From the UHGV virus genome UHGV-0092003: a stretch of 64,000 bases of DNA. One strand, given 5' to 3'. The first letter of the stretch is position 1. Each line of letters begins with the position of its first letter. Below, piece by piece: positions 18,259 through 27,924 of this stretch. Under the pieces are notes generated by a model. That model saw nothing but the letters and a program-made list of their open reading frames with translations, made no database searches and was not told the DNA's origin. Made by a program: the position numbers and the translations under genes. Source of the stretch: a virus.

Positions 18259-19371
18259 TCAAAGCAACTTCAGACCGTTACTAAGTATCTCAATTAGCTT
18301 TATATTCTCAGGCGTCAAATCCGCAGAAAGTTCAGCTATCTTCTTGATCATGTTTTGTTTTACGACTTCCAGCTCGCCGTTCTCTTGTGGCCCTTCCACT
18401 TGCTCTGCAGGCTTCTCAGGCTTCGGCGGTTTCTCTTCACCAATGACTTTAAGTTTCGGGTTGCGTCCATGAATCTGAATAAATACAGAGCGACCACGCT
18501 TCACCTCTGAGTAATCGAGGTAGCCAAGCTCTTTAAGAGACTTCAGACCGTTTCGAATGGTCTGATTTTGGGAGCTGATGCTTGCGCTATTCAGATTCAA
18601 CCTCGCACGCAAACGAGCCAGAGATATTGGTGCCGGCCGCGCCGGAAGACTTTCAATGAAGGTGTATAGCGCCTGGGCGGTTTCTTTACGTGGAAGTTTG
18701 TTGATGACCTTCAGCTGGAGAAGAACTTTGTGGTCAAACCGGTATAGCTCTGACAGCTTTGGCTCGGCGTGAAATATGATGGTGTCATTTTTCTCATTGT
18801 AATCCACGCTATTCACCAGATGAACCATGAGCAGAGATATCTTGTTCGAGCCGTCCACGTTCTTCTCTTCGTATGTGCGCTGGAACGAAAGCGTTGTGCG
18901 CATTATCTTCAGCAGGCTGTTTGTAATCCTGTCTCGCAGCGTCTTGCGTATCTGGGAAGATGGATACCCGCAGAACTTGGCAAACTTCGTGATGCTTAGC
19001 TCAACGCGCCCACTGGCCTCCCCATACTCGGCAAGTGATCGGACGACACCAACCCACGTCTTGAAGTCGTGATCCATATCGAGACGTGGCCCGGTTATTT
19101 TGATATCGGAATAACCCTCAGATCTCGCAACCTCCAGTTGCACCAGTTCTTTTGAGGCGTCTATCTGGTTGGAGTTATTTCGTTTACTATTCTTCGTGCC
19201 TTTGAGCGTGGGAACGAACAATCCAAGTCTCATCAACGCAATGGGTTGTACGGTATTGTTGCTGTTCGGGGTGAGGTCGCCTGTGAATAACGCCGGAACA
19301 CTTTCGTCGATCGCGTCATCATCATCGATTAACGGTATGTTTTCTTTCTTCTTTTTTTTGCCTGTGGACAT
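18259..19371 (-). CDS. repA: iteron-binding replication initiator (RepA-like), putative
   Basis: 370 aa minus-strand gene. Flanked on both sides by arrays of the same 15-mer, as in the P1/F replicon layout. N-terminal poly-Lys/acidic region. Product assigned by context only. Confidence 0.55.
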   Translation of the reverse strand: MSTGKKKKKENIPLIDDDDAIDESVPALFTGDLTPNSNNTVQPIALMRLGLFVPTLKGTKNSKRNNSNQIDASKELVQLEVARSEGYSDIKITGPRLDMDHDFKTWVGVVRSLAEYGEASGRVELSITKFAKFCGYPSSQIRKTLRDRITNSLLKIMRTTLSFQRTYEEKNVDGSNKISLLMVHLVNSVDYNEKNDTIIFHAEPKLSELYRFDHKVLLQLKVINKLPRKETAQALYTFIESLPARPAPISLARLRARLNLNSASISSQNQTIRNGLKSLKELGYLDYSEVKRGRSVFIQIHGRNPKLKVIGEEKPPKPEKPAEQVEGPQENGELEVVKQNMIKKIAELSADLTPENIKLIEILSNGLKLL

Positions 19372-19389
19372 GTGGACACCTCATTGCTT

Positions 19390-19494
19390 AAACCGCTGGT
19401 AGCATACTTCATTTGCCGTTAGCAGCATACACAAAACAGTCCACAGCATATCGCACGCCGCTCGCAGCATATATTTTTCCGCTGACAGCATACG
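19390..19494. repeat. iteron array (incC/origin-like), 5 copies of the same 15-mer family
   Basis: ACCGCTGGTAGCATAC, GCCGTTAGCAGCATAC, CACAGCATAT, CCGCTCGCAGCATAT, CCGCTGACAGCATAC. Lies immediately upstream of the rep start codon. Confidence 0.8.
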
Positions 19495-19529
19495 CCAATG
19501 GTCTTTCAGAGCAGGCGTGGCGCGGGTTG

Positions 19530-19620
19530 CGAGGATCGGGGATCTCTTTTGATCTCATATATGATCTATATAGGGATCTTATTATTGGGATCTATCCAGT
19601 TGATATGTGGATAACTTTTC
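19530..19620. other. oriC-like DNA unwinding element: six GATC-initiated 13-mer-like repeats plus a consensus DnaA box
   Basis: GATC at 19534, 19541, 19551, 19563, 19575, 19589 (GATCTCTTTTGAT, GATCTCATATATG, GATCTATATAGGG, GATCTTATTATTG, GATCTATCC). TGTGGATAA at 19606-19614 is a perfect TTATCCACA on the opposite strand. Confidence 0.7.
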
Positions 19621-19687
19621 AAGGCATTTTAGTACGTGAGCCTTGTTTTTGGTTTAATGTGATAAAAAATACAAGGCCAAGCATCAA

Positions 19688-20335
19688 ATGAATATCAAAC
19701 AGTCGCGTTACATCAGAAGACTTGAAGATGGGACTTACACCATCAAGCCTGACTCTAAACTGGTTGCTTCCAGGGACATGTGTGAGGTTTGCGGCATCAA
19801 AACCGCCTGCCCGATCTACAAGACTCGGGCATCACTGCTGGAACAGGGAGCGTCATTTGAAATCAATACATGCAAACGATACGTCCCGCTCATCTCCTTC
19901 AGAAAACCTTATCTTGGTTTAAAGGAGGCATACTTCAACACAATGCGCAGCGGCGTAACCTGGGTCAACCGCGTTAGTGAAAATTCTATTGTTTGCCTGG
20001 TTGGTGCTGAGAACGGTGAGATCATACGCTTTGCGCGCGTCGCAAAGGTGTTCTCTGGCCCCGTCGACAAAATGCTCAAGATAAACGCCAGGTTCAACCA
20101 TCTATGTCTCGGCGGAAAAACTCAGGACGAGGTAAAAACTGTTATCCAAAAGTCATACGGCCACTTCCTGAAAGAAGACAGCTTGCTGACGGTAATCTAC
20201 CTGAAGAGTCTAAAGCACGAGCACGATTGGGAATATCACACCGAAGAAGAAATTCGAATGATGGAGGACGTCACCCCGCCAGATAACGTCGTGAGTCTCG
20301 ATGAGTTAAGACGTAGATTCGAAGAGAAGATTTAA
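19688..20335 (+). CDS. hypothetical protein with CxxC...CP zinc-finger-like motif
   Basis: 215 aa. CEVCGIKTACP. Immediately adjacent to the origin. Confidence 0.5.
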   Translation: MNIKQSRYIRRLEDGTYTIKPDSKLVASRDMCEVCGIKTACPIYKTRASLLEQGASFEINTCKRYVPLISFRKPYLGLKEAYFNTMRSGVTWVNRVSENSIVCLVGAENGEIIRFARVAKVFSGPVDKMLKINARFNHLCLGGKTQDEVKTVIQKSYGHFLKEDSLLTVIYLKSLKHEHDWEYHTEEEIRMMEDVTPPDNVVSLDELRRRFEEKI

Positions 20336-20557
20336 CCGCGCATATTCAGCCCCTCCGCTATTCTGAGGGGCCTTCTCTCTAACCCCCAACTCGCCCAAAG
20401 TAACCACTAAATCTCTCAGGGGAGCGTTTTAGGGGCTTTCTTATTGTGTATCTTCAAAAAAACAACGGCATACATTGCACATCTTAAAAATTCACTTATT
20501 ATCGTAATACAATTACAATTTGTTTCTAATGTACATGTATGCACATAGGTATAAACA

Positions 20558-20938
20558 ATGGAAGATAAAGAAATAGAGTTTTATCGTAATGGTAATGTGA
20601 GTATCACTAACGCTCGTTTTATGGTAGGCAGCACGACTTACGCTATGCATGGTGTTACGTCAGTAAAGCGCGGAGAAAAGATTCCATCCAAGGTTGGCCC
20701 AATTATTACTGGCATCATTGGTATCTTAATGATTTTCTTAGCAGCTACGCTGATGTTTAAAGCAATCGGTGTACTGGTCGTTCTCTTTGCCATCTTCTGG
20801 TTCAAGGGCCTCAAAACAGAATATCTTGTCTTTTTAAATAGCGCTTCTGGTGAGTCCCAAGCCTTAACCAGTACGGATAAAAGCTACATCGATAGCGTTA
20901 TCCACCACCTCAACGAAGCTATTATCCACAGAGGTTAA
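20558..20938 (+). CDS. small inner-membrane protein (two TM helices), moron-like
   Basis: 126 aa. Sits in an AT-rich island with its own AT-rich promoter region (20400-20557). Preceded by a terminator hairpin GCCCCTC/GAGGGGC at ~20349-20385. Confidence 0.5.
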   Translation: MEDKEIEFYRNGNVSITNARFMVGSTTYAMHGVTSVKRGEKIPSKVGPIITGIIGILMIFLAATLMFKAIGVLVVLFAIFWFKGLKTEYLVFLNSASGESQALTSTDKSYIDSVIHHLNEAIIHRG

Positions 20939-21146
20939 AATTCAAACTGGGTAGCCAATAGACTACCCACCTCCTTGCCATACCTCCCCCTCTCAAAAGA
21001 TATAGCATAGCCTATCGCACTTCGGTATCATGCTCTTAGATAAATAAGTGGTTACTTATTGTTGGTGTTTAATATGCACCTGATGAAGTCGCTTGGTGGC
21101 CTGTTAACCCACTCTATCATCGAATAAAACAACAACAGGAAAACAC

Positions 21147-22232
21147 ATGAAAACGATATACGGTGTGATTTCAGACCCACACTATCATAGCTGGTCTGCG
21201 TTCTCGACAATCAGCGTCAGCGGTCTGAATTCTCGTTTAAAAATTCAGCTCGATGCAACCATCGAGGCGGCAAAAGCGATCAAAGCTTCTGGCGCAAAAT
21301 ACATGTTTGTTGCTGGCGACACATTCCATACGCGCGGCTCAATCACCCCTTCCGTGCTCCACTTCGTCACTGAAACGTACAAAACCATTGTTAACGAAAT
21401 CGGTCTGGAAGTCTGGATGCTGGCCGGCAACCACGACCTGGAAACCAATGACTCAGTATTTTCGGCAAATGCGGCGGCATCATTGCAGTCGATTGGCGTA
21501 AATATCGTCTGTGGCCCGGCACAGAGCGTGAAAATTGATGATGTAACAGTCCACTTTATCAGCTGGCGTAACAGTCATGCCGAATTGCTGGCGGATATGA
21601 AATCTCTTCGTGAGAAAGCTGGCCCAGGCATTCACGACATTGTGATCCACACAGGCATCAACAAAGCCATACCGACAATGCCAGACGTAGGGATTGAGGC
21701 AAACGATCTGAAGGAACTCGGTTTTCGTCTTGTGCTCTCCGGCCACTATCACAATCACAAAGAGATAATTCCCGGCGTCGTGTCAGTCGGTGCGTTAACT
21801 CACCAGAATTGGGGCGACGTTGGTACGTTGGCCGGGTTCATGTTGGTTCAGGAAGACGGTTCATTCACGCAGCACGAAACATCGGCACCGAAGTTTGTAT
21901 CTCTGGAAGGCGATGTGACTGAAGACGATATTCGCGGCAATTATGTTCGCTATCGCGCAGTCATTCAGAACGACGCTGAGGCAGTGCAAATAAAAGAGCA
22001 ACTGGCGACGCTGGGTGCCGCGGGCGTTGTGACAAATCTCATCAAAAAAGCGTCGATGATGGCTGGAACTGCAAGCACCGAATCCACCAGCAAAATCGAC
22101 AGTCTCTCTGAATCAATCAGTGCCTACTGCAAGGTTGTCCACGATACGGATGGCGGCTTCGATCTGGCTAAGCTCGACTCACTATGCAACGAAATCCTAT
22201 TAGAAGCGGAAAGCGCGGGGACGTCTGAATGA
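21147..22232 (+). CDS. sbcD: SbcD/Mre11-like nuclease (calcineurin-like phosphoesterase)
   Basis: 361 aa. Motifs DPH, GDTFH, GNHD, GHYH in canonical order. Confidence 0.85.
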   Translation: MKTIYGVISDPHYHSWSAFSTISVSGLNSRLKIQLDATIEAAKAIKASGAKYMFVAGDTFHTRGSITPSVLHFVTETYKTIVNEIGLEVWMLAGNHDLETNDSVFSANAAASLQSIGVNIVCGPAQSVKIDDVTVHFISWRNSHAELLADMKSLREKAGPGIHDIVIHTGINKAIPTMPDVGIEANDLKELGFRLVLSGHYHNHKEIIPGVVSVGALTHQNWGDVGTLAGFMLVQEDGSFTQHETSAPKFVSLEGDVTEDDIRGNYVRYRAVIQNDAEAVQIKEQLATLGAAGVVTNLIKKASMMAGTASTESTSKIDSLSESISAYCKVVHDTDGGFDLAKLDSLCNEILLEAESAGTSE

Positions 22233-24145
22233 AATTCCTAAATCTGAAAGTTGAAAACTTTATGGTCATTGCCGAGGCGAGTGTCGATCTGGACAATCGC
22301 GGTCTGGTGCTGATTCAGGGCATTAACGCCGCTGACTCCAGTGCCGCGAGTAATGGCGCCGGCAAATCCACGCTGATGAATGCTTTGATGTGGTGTTTGT
22401 ACGGGGAGACTGCCACTGGATATAAGGGTGATGACGTTCTGAACTCAACGACGCCAAAGAACTGCCGCGTTTCCGTGACCATTGAAGACGAAGGTAAGCA
22501 ATATGCGGTAATTCGTCACCGCGCTCACAAAGAATTCAAAAATCGTCTCATTGTCCGCAGTGAAGACGGTGATTTGACCAAAGGCAAGGACACGCTGACT
22601 CAGGAACTGGTTGAGCGGCTGATCGGCTCTTCGAAAGAAGTATTCATGGCATCCATCTATGCCAGTCAGGAAGCTATGCCGGATTTGCCAGGCATGACGG
22701 ATAAAAATTTGAAGGCGATTGTTGAAGAAGCCGCTGGCATCGACCGTCTGACAAAGGCTTATGCTATCGCCCGCGACAGAGCTAATGCGATGAGCGCTCG
22801 ACTCGACAGAGCCAACGCTCAGGCTGAAAGCACAGTATCGCTTATCACTTCAACAGAGACGGAGATTGAGACCAGTACAGCCGCTGCCGAGGCGTGGGAG
22901 AGAGCACGTTCCGTTAGGCTCGATGAAGCACGAGCCGAAGCGACTCTGATCGAAGTCAAGGTAACGGAGGCCAGCATGGAAATGGCCGACATCCCGGCCA
23001 CCATCAACAAAATTGAGAACCAAATCACGGATGAAAAGAAAAAGCTTTCCGGTAGGGCTGAGCATGATAAGAAAGTTCAGGCAGCGAACACAATGGTGGC
23101 TGATGCAGCGGCGGAGATCCGAGCGACTGAATCAGCTCGCGACAGAGCCATTAGCGCAGCAAAAAAAGCCAAGCTGAATGCGGATAATGTCAATTCAAGC
23201 GTAGGCAAACCATGCTCGACGTGCGGCAAGCCATACACCAGCGATGATCTGTCTCATGTTCACGATAACTACGTCGGCGAAGTCCGCAAGTATGTAGACG
23301 AAGCTAAATCACTAACAGCGGATTTAGCGGCCAAAACTGAGCGTCACGATAAAATCGTCGTGCTGCGTGATCGTCTTGTTGCGTCGACCCCCGACGTCTC
23401 CGCAATCACTGAGCGCATTTCTGAGCTTACCCGCAGTCTGGGTAACGTAAAGTCACGGCAAGTCGAAATAAAAGCGGCAGAGAGCGCTCTGGCTCGCGCA
23501 AACGCACAAGTTAAAGCGATCTCAGAAGAAGCCAACCCTCACAATGCAGCTATTTCCCGTCATCGCGAAAATCTGGCAATGCACAAAGAAAAGCTGAAAG
23601 AGATCCGACGCGAAATCGAAGGGATGAAAGATCAGGCACTGCTGCTTGAGAAGGCGCGTCAGGTTTACTCTCCGGCCGGAGTTCGTTCACATATTCTGAC
23701 GGCGGTAACACCATTCCTGAACGATAAAACGGCGGAATATCTGAGCACGATGTCGGACGGCAACATCTCTGCCATCTGGTCGACGATGGATACCACGAAG
23801 AAAGGAGAGATCCGCGACAAATTCAACATTGCCGTTGAGAAGACCGGATTCAGTAAAGACTTCCGCGGTCTGTCCGGTGGTGAAAAGCGGAAAGTGCGTC
23901 TGGCTTGTGCGCTGGCTCTTCAGGATATGGTCGCGAACCGGGCCAGCAAAAGCATTCAGTTGTTTATCGGCGATGAGATCGATGATGCACTGGATTCGGC
24001 GGGACTTGAGCGTCTGATGGGGATTCTGGAAGCGAAGGCGCGTGAGCGTGGTACGGTGATGATCGTCTCGCACAAGGAGATGAAGTCGTGGTTCCGCGAA
24101 ACGGTGACGCTGGAAGTCAAAGAGGGCCGCAGCTATGTCGTTTAA
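22229..24145 (+). CDS. sbcC: SbcC/Rad50-like SMC ATPase
   Basis: 638 aa. Walker A NGAGKST. Long coiled coil with central CxxC zinc hook (KPCSTCGKPY). ABC signature LSGGEKRKVRLA. Walker B FIGDEIDDALD. Confidence 0.85.
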   Translation: MKFLNLKVENFMVIAEASVDLDNRGLVLIQGINAADSSAASNGAGKSTLMNALMWCLYGETATGYKGDDVLNSTTPKNCRVSVTIEDEGKQYAVIRHRAHKEFKNRLIVRSEDGDLTKGKDTLTQELVERLIGSSKEVFMASIYASQEAMPDLPGMTDKNLKAIVEEAAGIDRLTKAYAIARDRANAMSARLDRANAQAESTVSLITSTETEIETSTAAAEAWERARSVRLDEARAEATLIEVKVTEASMEMADIPATINKIENQITDEKKKLSGRAEHDKKVQAANTMVADAAAEIRATESARDRAISAAKKAKLNADNVNSSVGKPCSTCGKPYTSDDLSHVHDNYVGEVRKYVDEAKSLTADLAAKTERHDKIVVLRDRLVASTPDVSAITERISELTRSLGNVKSRQVEIKAAESALARANAQVKAISEEANPHNAAISRHRENLAMHKEKLKEIRREIEGMKDQALLLEKARQVYSPAGVRSHILTAVTPFLNDKTAEYLSTMSDGNISAIWSTMDTTKKGEIRDKFNIAVEKTGFSKDFRGLSGGEKRKVRLACALALQDMVANRASKSIQLFIGDEIDDALDSAGLERLMGILEAKARERGTVMIVSHKEMKSWFRETVTLEVKEGRSYVV

Positions 24146-24833
24146 TCCGACAGGCAATCAGTTTGGTCAGATCGTTACCTGCGTTGCTGCAGCGCGGGTA
24201 ATGGCTATGCGTTTTGGCGGTATTGTAGACTTCGGTTCTTTCACTAGCCATTACAAAGACAAGCTGACACACCAGCGCATTGTCGAGACAAGCGAAGCTC
24301 TGTTTGACGCTCAATGGATAGGCGATTCATCGCTTGTTTACATGGGGAATGTATTTGGTGTCGATCATATGGGCGACAGCATTATCATTTCGAGCAAGGA
24401 GGACACTGATATTGTCTTTAACCCGGTGAAGTCTGTCAAAATGTCTGGCCGTATCCAGCATATGAGCGCAAGGATGGCTGTTCGCCGCGTTCAGAATGAC
24501 ATGGCTCGATTTGGGCAACGACATAAATCAAAGGCATTTTCGAAGGTGGAGATGCCGGTAACGCTGATTAGCGATGGTGTTTTGCACTTCGGCATATGCT
24601 TCGATGACAAAGTTGAAACAGGTTTCATCGTGTCGACTACTGACCCAGGTGACGCAAATGAGAGCCTTCAGTACGCCAGTGAAACTATGAAAAAACTGGC
24701 CGTTTGTATCACTGAAATGTGGCCCGATATCATTGCCGGCTTCTCAGAAATTCGGGCATCGGACTACGAACTTGATGAATTTAGCGAGGTGAGAGAGCTT
24801 CGAAAAGCTAACCCCATTTGGGGAACGTGGTAA
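24135..24833 (+). CDS. hypothetical protein
   Basis: 232 aa. Overlaps the sbcC stop. Confidence 0.5.
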   Translation: MSFNPTGNQFGQIVTCVAAARVMAMRFGGIVDFGSFTSHYKDKLTHQRIVETSEALFDAQWIGDSSLVYMGNVFGVDHMGDSIIISSKEDTDIVFNPVKSVKMSGRIQHMSARMAVRRVQNDMARFGQRHKSKAFSKVEMPVTLISDGVLHFGICFDDKVETGFIVSTTDPGDANESLQYASETMKKLAVCITEMWPDIIAGFSEIRASDYELDEFSEVRELRKANPIWGTW

Positions 24834-24849
24834 CAACAAAGGAAAGCAC

Positions 24850-25422
24850 ATGAGTAATAAAATTATTAAATTCGCCGGGTTTGATCCAAGTCTTCGCAAC
24901 TTTGGGATCGTCACTGGCTCATTAAACCTCGATACGTCAGAAGTGTCCGATGTGTCAATAAAACTGATTGAAACAGAGGCTACTTCAGCAAAAAAAACTG
25001 TTCGAACCAATAGCGATGATCTGCGTCGGGCGAACGAAATATGGCGAGGCATTAAGCCAATCGTTGATAGCGTAAATATCGTGTTTGCAGAGCTGCCTGT
25101 GGGTAGCCAGTCTTCCCGCGCCCAAACGTCATACGGCCTGTGTCTCGGCGTTCTGGCGTGTATCGATAAACCCATTATTCAGTTGACACCAAATGACATC
25201 AAAATGCATATCGGCGGAAAAAAAGACACCTCCAAAAACACCATCATTGAATGGGCGGTATCTAAGCACCCGGATGCTGGCTGGTTTACGAAGAAGGTTA
25301 AAGGTGAAGTGAGTATTGTCAGCAAAAACGAACATCCGGCCGACGCATTGGCTGCGGTTTATACCGGACTGGAGACGGATCAATACCGTCAAGCTGTCTC
25401 TATGATGAGAGCATTCTTTTAA
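24850..25422 (+). CDS. RuvC-like Holliday junction resolvase (RNase H fold), putative
   Basis: 190 aa. GFDPSLRNFGIVTG matches GIDPGSRVTGYGV. FAELPVG matches AIEQVF. HPADALAAVY matches DAADALAIAI. Confidence 0.6.
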   Translation: MSNKIIKFAGFDPSLRNFGIVTGSLNLDTSEVSDVSIKLIETEATSAKKTVRTNSDDLRRANEIWRGIKPIVDSVNIVFAELPVGSQSSRAQTSYGLCLGVLACIDKPIIQLTPNDIKMHIGGKKDTSKNTIIEWAVSKHPDAGWFTKKVKGEVSIVSKNEHPADALAAVYTGLETDQYRQAVSMMRAFF

Positions 25423-25461
25423 GTTAGCTTTATTGATAAGTAAGAATTTACTTATTACTAT

Positions 25462-25492
25462 AGGCCACTACATTTAGTGGCCTTTTTCTTTT
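25462..25492 (+). terminator. rho-independent terminator
   Basis: GGCCACTACATTTAGTGGCC followed by TTTTTCTTTT. Confidence 0.6.
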
Positions 25493-25502
25493 GGATAACA
25501 AC

Positions 25503-27830
25503 ATGATTCGAATCATCAAACGGAATGGCAGTGCCGAAGCACTGTCTGAAGAGAAGTATAACCGCGTCGTTATGTGGGCAACGGACGGTGTTGATGGCGT
25601 AAGCGCCTCTGCCGTCGCTATGGGAGCCGCAGCGAGTATCGTTGACGGCATGACGACAAGCCAAGTACACGACGCTCTAATCAAAGCTGCCGCCGATCTT
25701 ATCAGTGCCGACACACCTAACTACAGCCAGGTTGCTGCGCGTCTGAGTATTTTCAAAATTCGCAAAGATGCCCACGGCCAATACGAATACCCGGACTTCT
25801 ACGAACACATCCTGAAGAACGTTACTCGCGGCGTTTATGATGACGAAATCATGCATAAATACAGCTGCGAAGAGATCGACGAGCTGGGCGCGTACATGAA
25901 GCCTGAGCGTGACGACAACTTCGGTTATGCGGCCACGACCCAGCTGCGCGGCAAATATCTGGTACAACATCGAGTCAGCGGGGAAATCTATGAGTCACCT
26001 CAACATATCTACATGCTGGTGGGCATGTGTCTATATCAGGACTGGGCTGACGGTGATATGGGCAAAACACGGCTGGAAATGGTCAAAGGCTTTTACGATG
26101 TCACTAGTACATTCAAGCTGTCGTTACCTACTCCAATTATGGCCGGTGTCCGCACTCCTACTCGCCAGTTCTCAAGTTGCGTCCTGATCGAGTCCGGTGA
26201 TTCACTGAAGTCCATCAATGCAACGACCTCGGCCATTGTGGAGTACATCTCCCAGCGTGCCGGCATCGGCGTTAACTTCGGTTCTATTCGTGCGCTGGGT
26301 AGCCCTATTCGCAACGGTGAAGCGACCCATACAGGTGTTATTCCGTTCCTGAAGCTGTTCCAGGCGGCTGTTAAGTCCTGTTCTCAAGGTGGTGTCCGCG
26401 GTGGTGCGGCAACGGCTTATTATCCGCTATGGCATCTGGAGGCGAATAGTTTGCTGGTGCTGAAGAATAACCGTGGTGTCGAAAGTAACCGTGTTCGCCA
26501 CATGGACTACGGTGTTGAATTGAACCGCTTAATGTACCGTCGTTTGATCGAGGGTGGAGCTATCACGCTGTTTAGCCCTCATGATGTTCCCGGTCTTCTG
26601 AATGCCTTCTATGCTGACCAGGATGAGTTTGAGCGTCTATATGTTCAGTACGAAAATGACCCGTCAATCCGCAAAGAGTCTGTGCCTGCAGTGGAGCTAT
26701 TCTCTTCGCTTATGCAGGAACGAGCATCTACCGGCCGTATCTACATCGCCAACATCGACCATATGAATACGCATGGCGCTTTCGATGAGGCTGTGGCGCC
26801 TATTAAGCAATCTAACCTTTGCGCCGAAATTGCCCTGCCGACTAAGCCGCTGGCATTTACTGACGATCCGAACGGCGAAATCGCGCTGTGTACTCTGTCC
26901 GCATTCAATCTCGGCGCTCTTGAGTCTCTGGCAGATCTGGAAGAAGTAGCCTTCTACGCTGTCTCTGCGCTGGACTGTCTGCTTGATTATCAGGACTATC
27001 CGATGTTTGCAGCGGAAACACCAGCCAAGGCGCGTCGTAGTTTGGGGATTGGTGTAACCAACTTCGCTTACTGGCTGGCTAAGAACGGTGCAAAGTATTC
27101 CGGCGTTGATGGAAACAAACTGGTTCACGAAACATTTGAAGCGGTTCAGTTCTATTTGCTGAAGGCCAGTAACCTGCTTGCATCAGATAAGGGAGCGTGC
27201 GAATGGTTTAGCCAGACGAAATATGCGAAAGGTTTGCTGCCTATCGATCACTACCGCAAGCAGCTGGACGCCCCAGAACTGAATGCCAACCACCCTCTTC
27301 TTCTGGATTGGGATGGGTTGCGAAAAGATATTGAGCGATACGGTCTACGCAACTCCACTCTGTCCGCTCAAATGCCCTGTGAGACCTCCAGCCAAATTAC
27401 CAACTCTACCAATGGCATTGAGCCGCCGCGTGGCCCGGTATCCGTGAAGTCGTCCAAAGATGGTGTCGTGAAGATGGTCGTGCCGGAATTTTCTCGCATT
27501 GGCGACGCTTACGAGTACCTGTGGGACATCGCTGATAACTTTGGCTACCTGACCAAAGTGGCGATCATGCAGAAGTTCATCGATCAGTCTATTTCTGCCA
27601 ATACCAACTATGACCCGACGCGCTTCCCCAATGGCCGCGTGCCAATGCAAAAGATGCTGACTGATTTGCTGGATGCGTATCGCATGGGGGTGAAGACGCT
27701 TTATTACCACAACACCCGCGATGGCGCCGGCGCTCGCGAAGACGACAAGATCACACATCAGGCGCATCTTCCATCTTCGACCGAATTTGTCGAGGAAGAG
27801 GATGAGTGCGGCGGCGCTTGCAAAATCTGA
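25503..27830 (+). CDS. nrdA: class Ia ribonucleotide reductase alpha subunit (with ATP-cone)
   Basis: Near-colinear with E. coli NrdA along the whole length; many runs are identical, e.g. TRQFSSCVLIE and NLCLEIALPT-like segments, and the C-terminal CGGACKI. ATG 25503 is preferred over the track's TTG at 25491. Confidence 0.92.
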   Translation: MIRIIKRNGSAEALSEEKYNRVVMWATDGVDGVSASAVAMGAAASIVDGMTTSQVHDALIKAAADLISADTPNYSQVAARLSIFKIRKDAHGQYEYPDFYEHILKNVTRGVYDDEIMHKYSCEEIDELGAYMKPERDDNFGYAATTQLRGKYLVQHRVSGEIYESPQHIYMLVGMCLYQDWADGDMGKTRLEMVKGFYDVTSTFKLSLPTPIMAGVRTPTRQFSSCVLIESGDSLKSINATTSAIVEYISQRAGIGVNFGSIRALGSPIRNGEATHTGVIPFLKLFQAAVKSCSQGGVRGGAATAYYPLWHLEANSLLVLKNNRGVESNRVRHMDYGVELNRLMYRRLIEGGAITLFSPHDVPGLLNAFYADQDEFERLYVQYENDPSIRKESVPAVELFSSLMQERASTGRIYIANIDHMNTHGAFDEAVAPIKQSNLCAEIALPTKPLAFTDDPNGEIALCTLSAFNLGALESLADLEEVAFYAVSALDCLLDYQDYPMFAAETPAKARRSLGIGVTNFAYWLAKNGAKYSGVDGNKLVHETFEAVQFYLLKASNLLASDKGACEWFSQTKYAKGLLPIDHYRKQLDAPELNANHPLLLDWDGLRKDIERYGLRNSTLSAQMPCETSSQITNSTNGIEPPRGPVSVKSSKDGVVKMVVPEFSRIGDAYEYLWDIADNFGYLTKVAIMQKFIDQSISANTNYDPTRFPNGRVPMQKMLTDLLDAYRMGVKTLYYHNTRDGAGAREDDKITHQAHLPSSTEFVEEEDECGGACKI

Positions 27831-27924
27831 TAACCAGGTGGGCGAAAGCCCGCCTTTCTTCTCTGTTTGAGAGCCTGCTAAGCCCACATACCATTACGTT
27901 ACTGACAACTGAAGCGAATAAAAA

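Noticed and set aside
17986-18472. Track ORFs 17986-18297 and 18221-18472 on the + strand.
   Set aside because: They are translations of the iteron array (repeating PLTAY peptide units). The periodic 15-mer DNA repeat explains them, so they are not real genes.
18578-19402. Four + strand ORFs (18578-18772, 18769-18999, 18827-19072, 19169-19402).
   Set aside because: All are antisense to, and nested within, the 370-aa RepA-like gene. They have no RBS support.
17996-19494. Possible CRISPR array, given regularly spaced direct repeats.
   Set aside because: The repeats are 15-mers at ~21-22 bp periodicity with degenerate copies and no unique spacers of CRISPR length. There are no cas genes, and the repeats flank a rep gene. 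These are iterons.
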